Assembly (NCBI RefSeq): GCF_009834535.1 | Contig: NC_045697.1 | Location: 109,866,001 to 109,930,000, forward strand | Source of the DNA: Camelus ferus | Lineage: Eukaryota | DNA length: 64,000 bases | Direction of reading: 5' to 3' | In this document: positions 39,402-52,190 of the stretch, in pieces | How positions within the stretch are numbered: position 1 is the first letter of the stretch | How the letters are laid out: each line of letters starts with the position of its first letter | Notes under the pieces: model-generated | Database searches by the model: none | What the model was told of the DNA's origin: nothing | What the model saw: only the letters and a program-made list of their open reading frames with translations | Made by a program: the position numbers and the translations under genes

Positions 39402-40024
39402 AAATTTTTATTTATTGAATTATAATCAGTTACAACGTGTCAGTCTCTGGGGTACAGCACAATGTCCAAGTCGTGCATGTACATACATATATTCATTTTA
39501 ATATTCTTCTTCATTATAGGTTACTACAAGATATTGAATACAGCCCTGTGCTATACAGGAGACACTTTTAAAAAATCTAGTTTATATATAGTAGTTAATA
39601 TTAGCAATTCTCAAACTCCCAGTGTATGCCTTCCCACCCCCTTCCTGCCCCCAACCCCCATAACCAGAGGTCTGTTTACTATGTCTGTAAGTCTGTTTCT
39701 GTTTTATAGAGAAGTTCATTAGTGTCTTCTTCTGCTTCTCCTTCTTCTTCTTCTTTTTTAATTCCACATATGAGTGATATCATATGGTATTTTTCTTTCT
39801 GTTTCTGGCTTGCTTTACTTAGAATGACGATCTCCAGGTCCATCCATGTTGCTGCAAATGGCATTATTTTATTTTATTTCTTTATGGCTGAGTAATACTC
39901 CATTGTATATATATATCACAGTTCTTTATCCGGTCATCTCTTGATGGACATTTAGATTGTTTCCGTGTCTTGGCTATTGTAAATAGGACTTCTGTGAACA
40001 TTGGGGTGCATATGTCTTTTCAAA
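39402..40024 (-). mobile_element. Young camelid-type L1 3' end, 5'-truncated
   Basis: The minus-strand ORF MPFAATWMDLEIVILS is the ORF2 C-terminus; T-rich tail at about 39405-39415. Confidence 0.9.
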
Positions 40025-40486
40025 TTAGAATTTTCTCTGGATATAAAAACTCCTTTTTGATCAAAGAAAATTTTAGACTGAACTAGTATGAACTCAGGTT
40101 AAACTGGAACTGCTTCGGTTAGCTCTCCTATGCCTTCCCTACGCCTCCCACCCGATTCCCCGAGGCCCCAGGGAGTGCAGCCCCATCTGGCGACTTACAG
40201 ATGAAAGAGCCAAGTCTCAAAGGCAGGGAACTAAAGCAGAGGGCCTTTGACTCCACAGTCTTCCTTTCCAAATGAGCAGAAACGCAGACTCACACTGACG
40301 CTAGCCAGAGGGCTGCAGAGTTTGCTGAGCAGCACGGACAACTGGCATCTCCAAAATGGGACCCATTTAAAAGGAACACGCTAGCACCATGAAGCATTCG
40401 ATCAATTAAAAATGTATTTGCTCTCTTAGTCTTTAGGAGGAATCCTGAGTTAATGTTTGAAATTCATGTCTATTTAGAAAACACCC

Positions 40487-40563
40487 GGGGGAGGGTGTAG
40501 CTCAATTGGTAGGGTGCTGTACTTCGCATGCGTGAGGTCCTAGGTTCAGCCCCCAGTACCTCT
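40487..40563 (+). mobile_element. tRNA-Ala-derived Vic-1-type SINE head, lacking its 3' tail
   Basis: ggggagggtgtagctcaattggtag...cttcgcatgcgtgaggtcctaggttcagcccccagtacctc shows A box, Ala anticodon arm and degenerate B box; the extra 5' GGGGA is typical of the camelid SINE. Confidence 0.8.
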
Positions 40564-40999
40564 GCAAACCCCGAGCTGACTGAGACACAACTGAAGTGCT
40601 AAATCCAGGGCAGTCGTGGAATTGTGCTTGCAAAGGAGATGCTGTCCTTTCCTGAGAGTCATTGGTCCAAGGTGTCGAGAGTCAACCAAAGATGGTGGTT
40701 GCAAGTAGACGTGTGGCTTCCCATGAGGGTTTGGAAACATCTGAATGAACCAGATTCTGGGCTACTAATCCAAGAATTTGGTCAGGATGACACGTCAGTC
40801 ATTTAGATGTTGTTCTACTGCCAACAGGCTGGCTATTATTCGGCTGCCTCAGATAAAACGTAGAAAAAAAAAAAAGGAAAAAAAAGGCTGTCCTTTTTAA
40901 TTCCTCTCGTGCAAAACAGAATGGGTTTTTGGCTGGAAGTGTCTTTCAGGGAGAAAAATCAGTCAACATGCTTAGCAATGGCCTGTGTGAAATATGTCG

Positions 41000-41030
<31 letters not shown>

Positions 41031-41887
41031 GAGCTCTTAACTAAGCCTTGGAAACTGGAAAGTCATTTAATATGCTCTCTGGGAGAGAGGCTTCTGTGGT
41101 GCTAAGAGTAGGATATTACACTTTCCTCAACCAAGAAAAAAAATATGCATGTACACCTGTGAGACAGAGTGGAAATCACTTCTCGGGGCCATAAAACTGT
41201 ACTTTACTGTCAAGCTGTTTACTTGAAGGTAACTGTCATTTCTGATGCACCTCCTTGGAGCCAGTCTTCCCCTGTGGGTTGAAGTTAGGACCCAGGTTGC
41301 TCCTTCCAGCTCCTATCATTTGAATAGCAGCTTCTTCTTGTCAGAAGCAGGCTTGTGGGCTCATGGGAAGCCTGAGGGACGCATGGATTCACTTACTCGC
41401 AGAGCGCCAGGAACCAGGGGTGACAGGGACCCCAGTGTCTACAGAACCACTTCTGTTTGACTTCAGATTAGTCCTACGTAGTTTTAGTTGTCAGGGAGAA
41501 TTCTGCTGATAAGCTCCCAGATAAGCATATGCAGTAAACACAAAATAAATGGGTTCCTGGAAAAAAAAAAACAAAAAAACCTTTCACTTAAAATGAAACA
41601 AGATGGAACGTGTATGGTGGAGGTCCGGGTGAGGATGGAGTTTAAATCATATCATTAAACCCACTAAAGGAAGCTTGCTCTGTAGAGGAAGTGCCTGCAT
41701 CTTTTAGAGTAAATACGCGAATATTCATCTTTTGATGTATCTTTTGTGTCAATCCTGATCATCACAGGTTGTATCAGGCACACTGAAAGTGAGGAAAAAA
41801 TTCCCTAACAGCCTCGTATTTGTAAATGGGCTCTGGTAGATTGAAAATATTTACTTTGAAATTCTTGAAACGGACTCAGATGTGCTT

Positions 41888-42180
41888 TTAAGAGAGGCGC
41901 GGGGAGGGAGGCAGCGGCGGCAGGGGGACGCAGGCTGAGCACTCTCTCAGCCGGCTTCCGCTGGAGCCCTGGTGAGAGGAGGCAGGCGGGGTGGTCGCCA
42001 GGAACTGAGGCATCTGCTTCAGTGCAGTTACTCATCAGGATGGTGGGGACATGCCAGAGTAACAACCACAGAGGCATTCTCCCCATCTGGAGCCGGAGGA
42101 TTCTCACAGGGCGATGGTGCCCCGGAAACTCACTTCCATAGACGGGTGCCATGGTTAGGCTCGCTCCTACTGCGTCGAGA
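41888..42180 (+). promoter_or_regulatory. Small GC/CpG-rich element with a + strand donor
   Basis: gaggcgcggggagggaggcagcggcggcaggggg...ccggcttccg; CTG|GTGAGA at 41971/41972. Confidence 0.4.
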
Positions 42181-42649
42181 GTATCTCCTGAATTAACTGT
42201 ATCTCTGGCCTTTACCTTCTCCCCAGGATACATTCAGAATGGAACTGATTCTGAAAAGCATCCTCTCTGAATGGTCTTGCTTAGATCCCAAGCAAGCAGC
42301 CTGCTCACCCAGCCTGCCCCTCCTCTCCTCCAAAGCCACCCACCGGTGACTCTAGAAGGGCAGGGGAGAGGGGGGCAGCCTGAATGGGGCAGGGCTTATG
42401 AGAGAAGGCAGCGTTCCCACCAGGAATTTCTCCTGCCTTCCGGGGGTCGAGCCTGCTGGATGTGCATTCAGCACTCCTGTTGGCTGGAAACTCTGCCATG
42501 ATTTTTCCTTCCCCAGACTCCGAGGTCCTGGTAGGCAGGGGCTGTGCTCCGAGCTTCACCTGCGGGCCCTCTCAGACGGAGGCCAGGCTGCCTCGGGATA
42601 CAATAGAGCACCTTCTTTAAGAAAAAGCCCCTGGAACACAATTGCCTTG

Positions 42650-42812
42650 GTTGAACTGTGTAACTTTGAGTAAGTTGCTTAATCTCTCTGTGACTCAGTT
42701 TCCTCCTCAGAAAATGAGGACAGTGATGGTATTAAATGGGTTAATATATGTAAAGCACTTAGCACAGGGTCTTAGAACTGTGACAACAACTGAATAAATG
42801 TTAGCTATTATT
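42650..42812 (+). mobile_element. MIR SINE
   Basis: ctgtgtaactttgagtaagttgcttaatctctctgtgactcagtttcctc...gtaaagcacttagcacag...aaatgttagctattatt. Confidence 0.85.
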
Positions 42813-43261
42813 TTCCGTCAGATTGATGCTCTGGGCCTTCAGGTCTTCCCTTGACGTCTAGTGTATGGACATTTAGCATATAACATGTGAGTGTTCCCTG
42901 CTTTGTTCCAGAAGAAGTTTAGGATGGCATTCATGTCCTGGCTGAAAGGATGGTTTTCCAGAAGGTGCCTATGTGCATCCAGAGTTGGAGGACAGATCCA
43001 GTGATTCAGCCCAGTGTATGCAAGTCCCTTGGCCCAGACAGCCCAACCTTCCTTCTGTTCTCCCAGAAGTTTAAGTGTCTAGAAGGCAGTGCTCGGGAGG
43101 TTGAATGCTCTTATGCATTGGTCCTGTTGAGGGCTGTCATACTACTCAGTTCTAGGCAGAATTGCCCTCTGCCTCAGGGTGTTTGAAGAAAATTTCTCAG
43201 CTTAAAAACATAAAATCCTATTTATTTTCCAAGGATAGAAGTCTTTTAAAATATCTGCTTG

Positions 43262-43291
43262 TCACACACATACACACACACACACACACAT
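43262..43291 (+). repeat. (CA)n microsatellite
   Basis: Directly visible. Confidence 0.9.
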
Positions 43292-44679
43292 AATTGACTG
43301 GTTGGGGTAACTTGTTTTATAGAAAATGGAGGCTATTTATTTTGCTCTGAAATGGCCCCTTTCTTCTAAGGAGCCTGAAGGATTTCAGAAGATGATTTCA
43401 CACCAGGGGAGGTGGGGTTCTTACCTGGATAGTGTCAGAGGTAGGACAAGACAACTGGACAGCTGTCCTCAACCTAAGAAGGGAGAACCAGCATGAACAA
43501 TAGGATTAGTCTGAGTTTTAAATTTATATCGATAAGTCAGTCGAGCTTGGTAAGTTACTGTATAGGAAAAACCCCAGGCTAAAAGCTGTGAGTGATCGAC
43601 CATGTTCTCAAGGGACATGAATTCAGCATAAATGCTCTCTTTTAAGGTAATCGCTGAATGAACAGTGAGTCAGGGCCCTGTAATTTGTGCTGTCAGTGTT
43701 CCATTGCAAATCTCAGCATGAGCACCCAGGTTGGCTCAGGGAGGTGAGAGGCCTTCGTGAAAACACTGAGCAGGCTCTGAGCACAGGCGAGCGTGTTATC
43801 ATATTTGGAAGATGAATGGCTCGGGCTGGAGCTCTCAGATGTCTGAGTTCTCTGGTCCAAATAGTTGGAATGGGATGGCTCTGATTCGAAAGGCTGTCTT
43901 GCTGATTTCAATTAGGTAGAAACACAATTTAAGACGAGTTCTTCCCTGCCTGTTAAGCAAGGAGGGGAGCCTGAAGCGCCACTCAGTCCCCAGGAATTTC
44001 TCAAGTGCTCCTTTCTGGCTGTGAAAACAGTCTTTCACATCCAGGAAAAACACGGAGGGCTTATTTAGGGAAAACGATGCCTAGAAACTGTCAACTTTAG
44101 ATCGCTACAAACTGTCAGGATACGAAAACAAATGGTCTTAATATGATTATATGCGTTTTCTCTTTGGTATGCACACGTATAGATTGTGTGTGACCAGGGG
44201 ACCTTCCCCCCAAAGCAGCCCTTCATTAAACTGTCAGGAACGATACAGCCCGGAAAGGGAAGGGGAGGGAGGCGGGAGCAGGAGGGGAGGGCAGGAGAGC
44301 TGTGCGCGCTCTTGCGCACTGAGTTGGAATATCACCTCTTGGCTATTCTTTCTCACTCCTTTCCCTGGAGCCCTCAACGTTTCCACGAGTTTTCCCAACA
44401 CCTAGTGATCCTGGAGTGAGAAAGGAAAAAGTGACAACGGTAACATGAGTTAAAGCTCTGCTGGGGGCTGCCCTGTCCTCCTACCTGGAATCTGGCAAAA
44501 TTCAAGGCAGAATATCTGATGCGGGAACCCAGAGGGGAGTAGGGAGGGCGGAGCATGAGGGCAAGTGGACATTTGTTCACACATTCATCCGTTTATTTAA
44601 TCCGAGGTCTGGATCAGGTGCAGCGTTAGGTTTCAGCAGTTCACTTCTTTGTGCATTCATTCACTGAACGAATACCTGC

Positions 44680-45460
44680 TGTGATGTTGTAATTTACAAT
44701 AAGGACTATATATGTATGTATTCCAAATATATATATTTTGTCTTTGTTTTCATTTCTGGCACACAGCTCCTAAAACCATTGAAATTTCCTAAGAGATGAG
44801 AACAATTAAGATGTCTTTTGTCATGTTAATGAGACGACTTTTAGAAAGCATCCAGGTAACCTAAAGATGGGACCTGAGAGCCAGGGCACCCTACTGTGGA
44901 ATTACATGGTTGGACTTTTCAACCCCACCCTCAAACTCTGGGGAGTGGAGAGCGACTGCAGGTTGAATCAGCTGCCAATGGCCAGTGGTTTAATCAATCA
45001 TGGTTATGTAACGTTACCTCCATAAGACCTCAACAGGACAAGTACGATGTGCTGACAACTTCCTGATTGGTGAACATGGACGCTCCTCACCCTTTCCCCA
45101 TACCTTGCCCTGTGCGTCTCTCCACCTATCTGTTCCTGAGTGATACCCTCCCATAATAAACTGGTGGTCTAGTAAGTAAAATGTTTCTCAAAGTTACATG
45201 AGTGGCTCTAGCCAGTTCATTGAACTGAAAGAGGAAGTCATTGAAACCTCAGATCTATAGCTGGTTGGTCAGAAGGACAAGGGACAACCTGGACTTGAGA
45301 TTGGTGCTGAAGTGTGTGTGTTGGGTGGGAGTCTGTGGGAGGAGCCCTTAACCTGTGGGATCTGACGCCGTCCCCAGGTAGAGTGTCAGAAGTGAACTGA
45401 ATTGTGGGACACCCATCTGGGGTACAAGAATTGCTTGATCACGTGGGGGAAAAACCCTAA
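44680..45460 (+). mobile_element. MER21-family LTR inserted in an L2 remnant
   Basis: tgtgatgttgtaatttacaataag...ctggcacacagctcctaaaacc...gccaatggccagtggtttaatcaatcatg...cccttaacctgtgggatctgacg; L2 tail (cattcattca) just upstream. Confidence 0.85.
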
Positions 45461-46652
45461 GTAGAACCCTTACTTTTCAATGACCAGTATGGGTTAGACT
45501 CTTTTTTAAGCAGTGGGGTTCAGCAATGAATGAGGCAGGAGGCACTGCACTTGTGGAACTTGCTTGATAGCCCAAGGGAGACAGACAAGCAAACAGGCTG
45601 TTCTGACGCACAGACATGCACCTAACCAGCGCTGAGGGATGGGGAAAGCTTTCAGGATGGAACTGTTTAAAGATCAAGTGGATGAGAGGGTGACCAGGTG
45701 GATTCATCTGCCAGCTACATCTTTGAAACTACCAGTAGAGCCTAATGCATTTCTTCTGGAGCCTTACACGTCACTTATTTTTTTTTCCTAGTTAAAAAAA
45801 AAAAACATTTGGGGACCATTTAGACCAAGATAATGCAATTTTTCCCCTTTCTTTTTGCATTTTATCACACTCTTTCTAAAAAAATCTCTAATATGTACCC
45901 AAATGGATGACACCATTCTTTTTGAAATTTGGGAAGACTTTTGGGAGCAATGGACCAGCGATTATAAAGAAGTTTCCTCTCACTTTATAAATTATGATAA
46001 TCATCCCTAATTAAGTAACATCCATTGGGGGAGATGGGGATAGAGGAACATTTATGCCCCCCTACCCCCCAGGTGGGAGTGAGGCTTGGCATAGCCCTTC
46101 TGGAAAGCAATCTGGCAGTATTCAGTCAAATTAAGGCACTCCGCTCCCGCGTGTGTGTCCCAAACATATCCTCACAAGTGCCCTAAACAGACACGTGCAA
46201 GGGCGTTCACTGCAGTGCTTATTGTGGTCGAAGGTACGTGGAGGCAGTTACCACCCAGGAGACGTGTGGATGTACTTCAGGAAGTGCTGTGAAGCTGGCA
46301 GAACACCAGGGAAAGTATTCAATATGAGAGGCTGAGTGACAATATATTTTGAAAAAAACATTATGAGATCTGCAATATAATGGCGCTCCGACAAATTGAG
46401 AAGCGTGTATAGAGAAGTACCTGGGGCATTTTGTAAGCACGTACTCAAACAGGAGGATTCATAACAAGCATTAGAATGGTTTCCTGGTTTGGGGAGGGAA
46501 ACAGCAGAAGAGAATGAGGAAAGGGATAATAACACAAGAGAGCGGCCTTCCTGGGACCAGTTGTTGATAATGTGACATGAACTAGAAAGTGTGATTAATC
46601 TCACCAAGGTCCTCTAGGAAAGCAAATAGGAAAAGCTGGAAGGGAGGTTGGT

Positions 46653-46736
46653 AAGGAGGGAGAGAGGCAGGGAAGGAGAGAGAAGAAAAGAAAGAAAGAA
46701 AGAAAAGAAAGAAAAAAGAAGAAAGAAAGAAGACGA

Positions 46737-46768
<32 letters not shown>

Positions 46769-46885
46769 AGAAAGACAAGACAGAAAGCAAGGAAGAAAGG
46801 AAGGAAGAAAGAAGAGAACGGAGGAAGAAGAGAAAGAAAGAAGAAGAAGAAAGAAAGAAAGAAGAAAGAAGAAAGAAAGAAAAAG
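46653..46885 (+). repeat. Polypurine (GAAA/GAA/GGAA)n compound microsatellite
   Basis: 233 nt with no T and only six C. Confidence 0.95.
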
Positions 46886-47184
46886 TAGGATGCAGGGGTG
46901 GGGAGGGAAGGGTGGAAAGGAAGGAAGGAAGGCAGAACTACTCTATCACCCCCCTCTTCTGTCCTAGGAGGGAATCCCCTCGCCCCCATCCCCCCCACTC
47001 CCCCGCCCCCACTGCTCCAGGCTGTCCAGACAGCAGAAAGCTCAGAAGAGAAAAGCAAAAACTCACCAACCACTGTTGAAGAGGCTGCTAAGAGTCACAA
47101 GCAGAACAGGAAGCTTGGGGTTTAGTCACACCTATAGTAACACCCAACAAAGAAATTATTCGCAGGGAACTAAGAGTTAAGGGT

Positions 47185-47460
47185 GTTGCCGGTGGGGCAA
47201 GGCGGGGTGCCGAGCAGGCAGTAGTGTGAGGGAGCGAGGAGGAGTCTGGAGGAGCAGAGGGGATCCCGGCCTCCGTGGGGGATCTCTGTGGGCGAGAGGG
47301 GCGGCCACCTTGCCGGTAGTGGGAGCACACCTCTTCTGGTCCTTGCGCTCTCCAAGCATTAGCTCGGCAGAACCAGGCTACCCCAGCTCCTAAGGGCTCT
47401 TTCTAGGCAGCCTGGGGGGCATCCTGGTGAGAGACGGAGCTGACCCTGGAGTCCGAGGAG
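47185..47460. promoter_or_regulatory. GC/CpG-rich promoter- or enhancer-like element
   Basis: GC boxes (aggcgggg, gaggggcgg), local CpG enrichment and a possible donor CTG|GTGAGA at about 47426. Confidence 0.4.
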
Positions 47461-50400
47461 GAAGGAATGAGCAGACGGCCACTTACTCAGCAGCCTCTGT
47501 CTCATCAGGACAAGCCATGCCTTGAGTTCATATCATTTGCCTCCTTTACAGGAAATCACAGAATCACAAATATTAGGAGGGTGGTCACTAAGGTGGCCAT
47601 TTCTCATATTTTCCAGCTAGGAAAGCTGAGGATCAAATAGATTCAAAAAACCCCAACTTCTGCTTTTTCTGAGACCTGAAATTGGAGTATTCTCACTATG
47701 AAAGTCAGTATGGAGGTGATGCAGAGAGATGGGGGTGCCAATCTGAAGAGAGCGAGCCATAGGAAAACGAGAATGCCTGGCCTCCCAAGATTCTGTTTTT
47801 AGATAATTCTTTTATTGCATTATAAAAAGGGCAGTGACGAAAAATACTGGACATATCAGCACCTTCAATCTTAAATTGCTTATTTTTCAAGGTTTTCCAT
47901 TAGACACCGAGAATGAATTAAAATTCCATCCCTAAAAACATCTGACAGAAGATTTCAAACGTTATATCTCATGTCGTGAAAAGGAACACAGCATGGCGTT
48001 CGCTCATTTTTCCTGCGGGGGGAGAAAAAGGCTTTCCTGAGAACTAGTCCTTGAGATCCTTGAATTCAAACATTGCTGGGGTGGCTTCTTTTCATATCGG
48101 AAAAGCTGCTTTTCACCTCTGCCCTCTGCCCCACCTCTCCCTTGTTCTTTTGCTTCCATGGGAGCAGGAGTGGATTAGTTAGCTCCTAAAAATAGGAAAA
48201 TACTTTTTTATCCTCCCTGTTTTATCTTCCTATTTATAGATTCATTTCTTCCTCTCATTGTAAGCTCAGTAAAACATTTGTTTTTAATAAGAAAAATAGT
48301 TGTTTTAATAAGTTTTCCAATTTTTTTTTGGCCAAAACCTGCAAGGTTATTTCTGGCATTTGCTTCTCGTAGAGTTCATTATTTATTATCGTCTCTGACT
48401 AATAGCCTTTTAATTAGCAGTTATTAATATAAAATGCAATATTTATTCCCTCATCCAAGAAAAGAGAAAGAAAAACTCATATATTTTAATTTGTATTTTT
48501 TGGCCCTCTGCCATTTGGTAGCGAAGGGAAAAAAACGTGTATATGTTACAGTAAACACACATTTGTTACATTACATCCTGGAGAATACCATGTGTATTTG
48601 TCTGTGTACTCAAGAAAATTATATATTGTTCACCTGGGTTGCAGTTTCTGTTCTGGCAAATCTTTATTTGCCTCTCAGGGGAACCTATTTAATATAATTA
48701 CATTTAATTGATATTTGTGGTGGTGGATTAAGGAAAAAGGAACCGTCACTTAATATGCTTCAGGATTTTATGGGTCTTGTATTTCTTGGCTTGGTTTTCA
48801 AAATACATGTAACCACATTTTTTAAAGCTAGGTACTTAGATAAACTCAGTCCTTTATTAAAATAGTGCGCTCAAAAGGGGCAGAGTTGAAAGCTCTCTAG
48901 TGGTCTTCTGCTAAAACAATGAAGAAAGAATGAAATCTTTCTCCTCCAAAATATGTTTTTACATTTGCTTTGTCTAAAGGTTTATAGGATTAAAATACGT
49001 TGTCTGTGGTTTAGCTGCTGATTTGGCTCGTGTCCAATCCCATAGGAAAAGAATGGATAGTTTCTGGAAAGTGGTCTTTCCACTGAAGTTTGTACCTTCG
49101 TCCCATGCTCAGCTGTGAATTTCCTTTTCTTCTGTCAAATGCGATAGAACTTTCCTTTTTTTGTTGCCTGTCGACGGGCAGTAGTCAATGTATCTAACTG
49201 ATGGCTCTAGCTCACGTTCAGGACGGCTCAGTCCAGTCCCTCAAACCCAGGAAATGTTATTCGTGTTTGCATTACTGTTTTGTTCAGAAAGTTATTTGTT
49301 GATGTTTAACTTCTTTTTAAATAATAAGCACTCCCAGTGAGCCATGCAGCCACCAGTTAAATAAACAAATAATTTAACTATGTACAAAAATGTAACTGAG
49401 GCCAGTTGACATAGACAGTTGTCGCAGGCCTTAAGTTGGCACTTTCAGAGCTGAAGACAGATCAGGCTAGGTCAGCGGCTGGAGAGATGAGTGTGTTTAT
49501 AGTTGAGTGTGTTCATTTTACTTGTATTGGGAAAAAGAATGATTAAATAAGACTACATGAGACACAAACATTTTTTCCCCTAAATTTCAAGGAAAATATA
49601 AATGCAGGTTTCTTGGTAAAGGCAGAATATGTCACATGAAATGAACAAGTAACGTCCCTAGACCTGCTCGTCCCCAGGTGCCCCAGCTCAGTATCAGGAC
49701 CATTTCCCAAAAAGAAACGTCCTGTTGATCTCTTTTTGTTTTTCCCTCTGTACCCACAAAAATGTGTGAGTGAGACAGTCGCATCGAACATCTCAAAGGT
49801 GATGCTGGGAAGCTATTCCTCACTCTGTTCCTGGGATTCTGTTTGCCAGAAAGTGTCTGGAACTACAGTTCATGAGCTGAGTTATCCTAACCAGGTGATT
49901 GGGAGACAGCCCCTGGCCTCCAGCCAGTTGGAAGAGCTCAGGGCTTTCTAACCTTGGCCTCCGTGGACTTCAGGCTCCACCTCAGAAGAAGGAAGGGATA
50001 GACAGAGATCCCCACAAGCTTCCAACTCTAAGTTTACTTGGAATCGTATTGATTTTCCCACCTCATTAGTTGTCATGTCCTCAGGTCCTTAGATCTAATG
50101 TAGTTTCTCCATATAAACTAATAATCATGCTACTTCTGAGGGCAGACTTTTAGAAGAGTTCCTCATTAGTTCTTTCTCAGGGGGCAGCCCAAATTTCCCA
50201 AGCTGAGGTCCATAAAGCGTGCACATCATCAAATACTAAATTATCCAACCCTTCTTCACCACCCACCACCTATTTTCCCAGATGGAGAGGTCAAGTGACT
50301 TACTCAGAGTCACACAACATCAGGTTCTCGACCCTTTGCCCGAGGCAAGAGGCTTTCCTTTGGCTGGGCTATGATGACTCAATGACTTTATATCAGACAA

Positions 50401-51504
50401 TTTCCCTTGGCACGCAAGTAAGCCTAAAAGCAGAATAATAAATTGACTCCCAGCATTGTTTTTGAGTTGCTGGATGTTTCTAGTTCTTTTGAGCATTTTT
50501 GTGGGTTGAGAGAGAGGGGGCAAGTAGGGAGGGGAAGAGACAGAGAAATTTGTTTCCACTGGAGAAGACTCCCCTCCTTTGGTGGGAAGAGCCTTGTCTT
50601 TAGGGCCACGAGAATGTATTTCCTGCCACCCAGCCCTCCCAGCCCCTGTGCTTTCCAGGGCTGGTACCTTCTCACTAAGAAATCAATGACCAGATTAGGG
50701 TGATGCCAAGCTGTTACTTAAAATTCCCAGGTGGGATGACTTGTTCCTTCAACTCTAGTGTGAGGTGGGTTCCAGTATGAAATTCCTGGGCTGCCATGTC
50801 ATTTTGCATTAAACCATCAGTTTGTTGGCCCGAGATGACAGCACATAACACATCCAAATAATTTTTCTGTCAGGTCGACTCAGGGAAAAGAGCAGAAATG
50901 AAGTATGGGAAAGGGAGTTTGAAGGAGATGAAGTTCTTCCTGATGGACGGAATAGGGCATTTTCTCTGTGTTTTTAATTTCAGGCTCTGAAGCTCTGGCC
51001 CTTCACTCTGGAAACGGACATGTTTCCAGGCCTGAAATGATCCTGTTGAACAGAGAGAAGGGAGAGAAGGTAGCAAAGGTGTCCCAGTCAGAAAAAAAGC
51101 CAAAGAGCTCATAGGCAAGAAAAAAAATGCGTGGCAAGAATTTGACAAAACGCAATTTGGGATAAAGGCTGTCCTTTCTCTGCTCTGAACCTGAGAAAAC
51201 TCCCTGCTCTCCTCACCCCCAGTCATCAGCCCTACAAGATGGGATCGTCTGACTTTAAGTACTAAAAGGGCACAGAGAGAGAGAGAGAGAAATGATGCTA
51301 GCATAATTCTGAGGATCCTAGAAACTTCTTTCCCTAGTTGAGAAAGTCGGATAGAATCTGACAGTCCACCCACCAAAAATGAAATCCACCATCCCATCGG
51401 ATCAGGAAGAAGTTTTGGAGGGCTGGATGTGTTTAGGTGAAACTTGTAGGATTTGAAATCTTTCTTCGGCCTCTTCTGGGTCACGTGATGCTGGAGGAGT
51501 TACT

Positions 51505-52190
51505 GATTCTCTTTTTAGCCTTAGGTTCCTCATCTAGAAAATTAGAATCAAAAAGATACTGCCTCGCAGAGTTGTTGGGAGGATGACAATAATCACTGGG
51601 TATTTTCCATGTGTCGGTACAGAACTAAGCTGTATCTAATTTAATCCTCAATATAGCCCCAAGAAGTAGGTCTCATTAACTTTATACCAGAGATGGTAAA
51701 CCAAGGATCTGCGAAGTTACTCAAATTCACCCTGCCGTGAAGTCACAGATTAGGATCTGATCCCAAGTTCTTCTGATGCCATGACTGGGCCCTTAACCGC
51801 TGCTCTCTATGTAAAGAAGTTCTTTGTAAGATGCCAGCCATTATAAAACCGTTAGTGATTCTGGTAAAGTCATCACTTGACAGTCATCTTGTAAGGTAAC
51901 TTTAGTTACATAGTGTCTCAGTCTTCAAGCACCATTTTTTGGGGCAGCTAGCAATTTTTGACGATAATAACTATGATATATTAAGTGCCTGTGCTGTGCT
52001 GGACCCTATTCGAAGCATTTGAGATGTTGTGACTTACTGAATCTCCATAAGGACTTAATGGAATAGGTGCTATTATTACCGGGATTTCACACATGTGGAA
52101 ATTCAGACACTGAGATCTTTAGAAACTTGCGCAAAGTCCCACCGCTAGCAGGAGGCAGAGCTGGGATTAGATCCAGGCAGGCTGGTGTAG
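51505..52190. mobile_element. Cluster of MIR fragments on both strands
   Basis: gccttaggttcctcatct...gttgttgggaggat (+); atttaatcctca...; gggatttcacacatgtggaaatt...gctgggattagatccaggcag (-). Confidence 0.7.

Noticed and set aside
40487..40563. Functional tRNA-Ala(CGC) gene
   Set aside because: Disrupted stems and T-loop, extra 5' bases and no adjacent T-run terminator; better explained as a SINE head.
41805..42233. 142-aa ATG-initiated minus-strand ORF
   Set aside because: GC-rich stop-poor region and no family recognised; tBLASTn or PhyloCSF would be needed to revive it.
46582..47079. K/E/R-rich and F/L/S-rich ORFs on both strands
   Set aside because: Translations of the polypurine microsatellite.
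50870..51484. Longest ORF in the track (204 aa, minus strand)
   Set aside because: Non-ATG start, runs through a (GA)n tract and A-runs, no recognisable domain; a length expected by chance.
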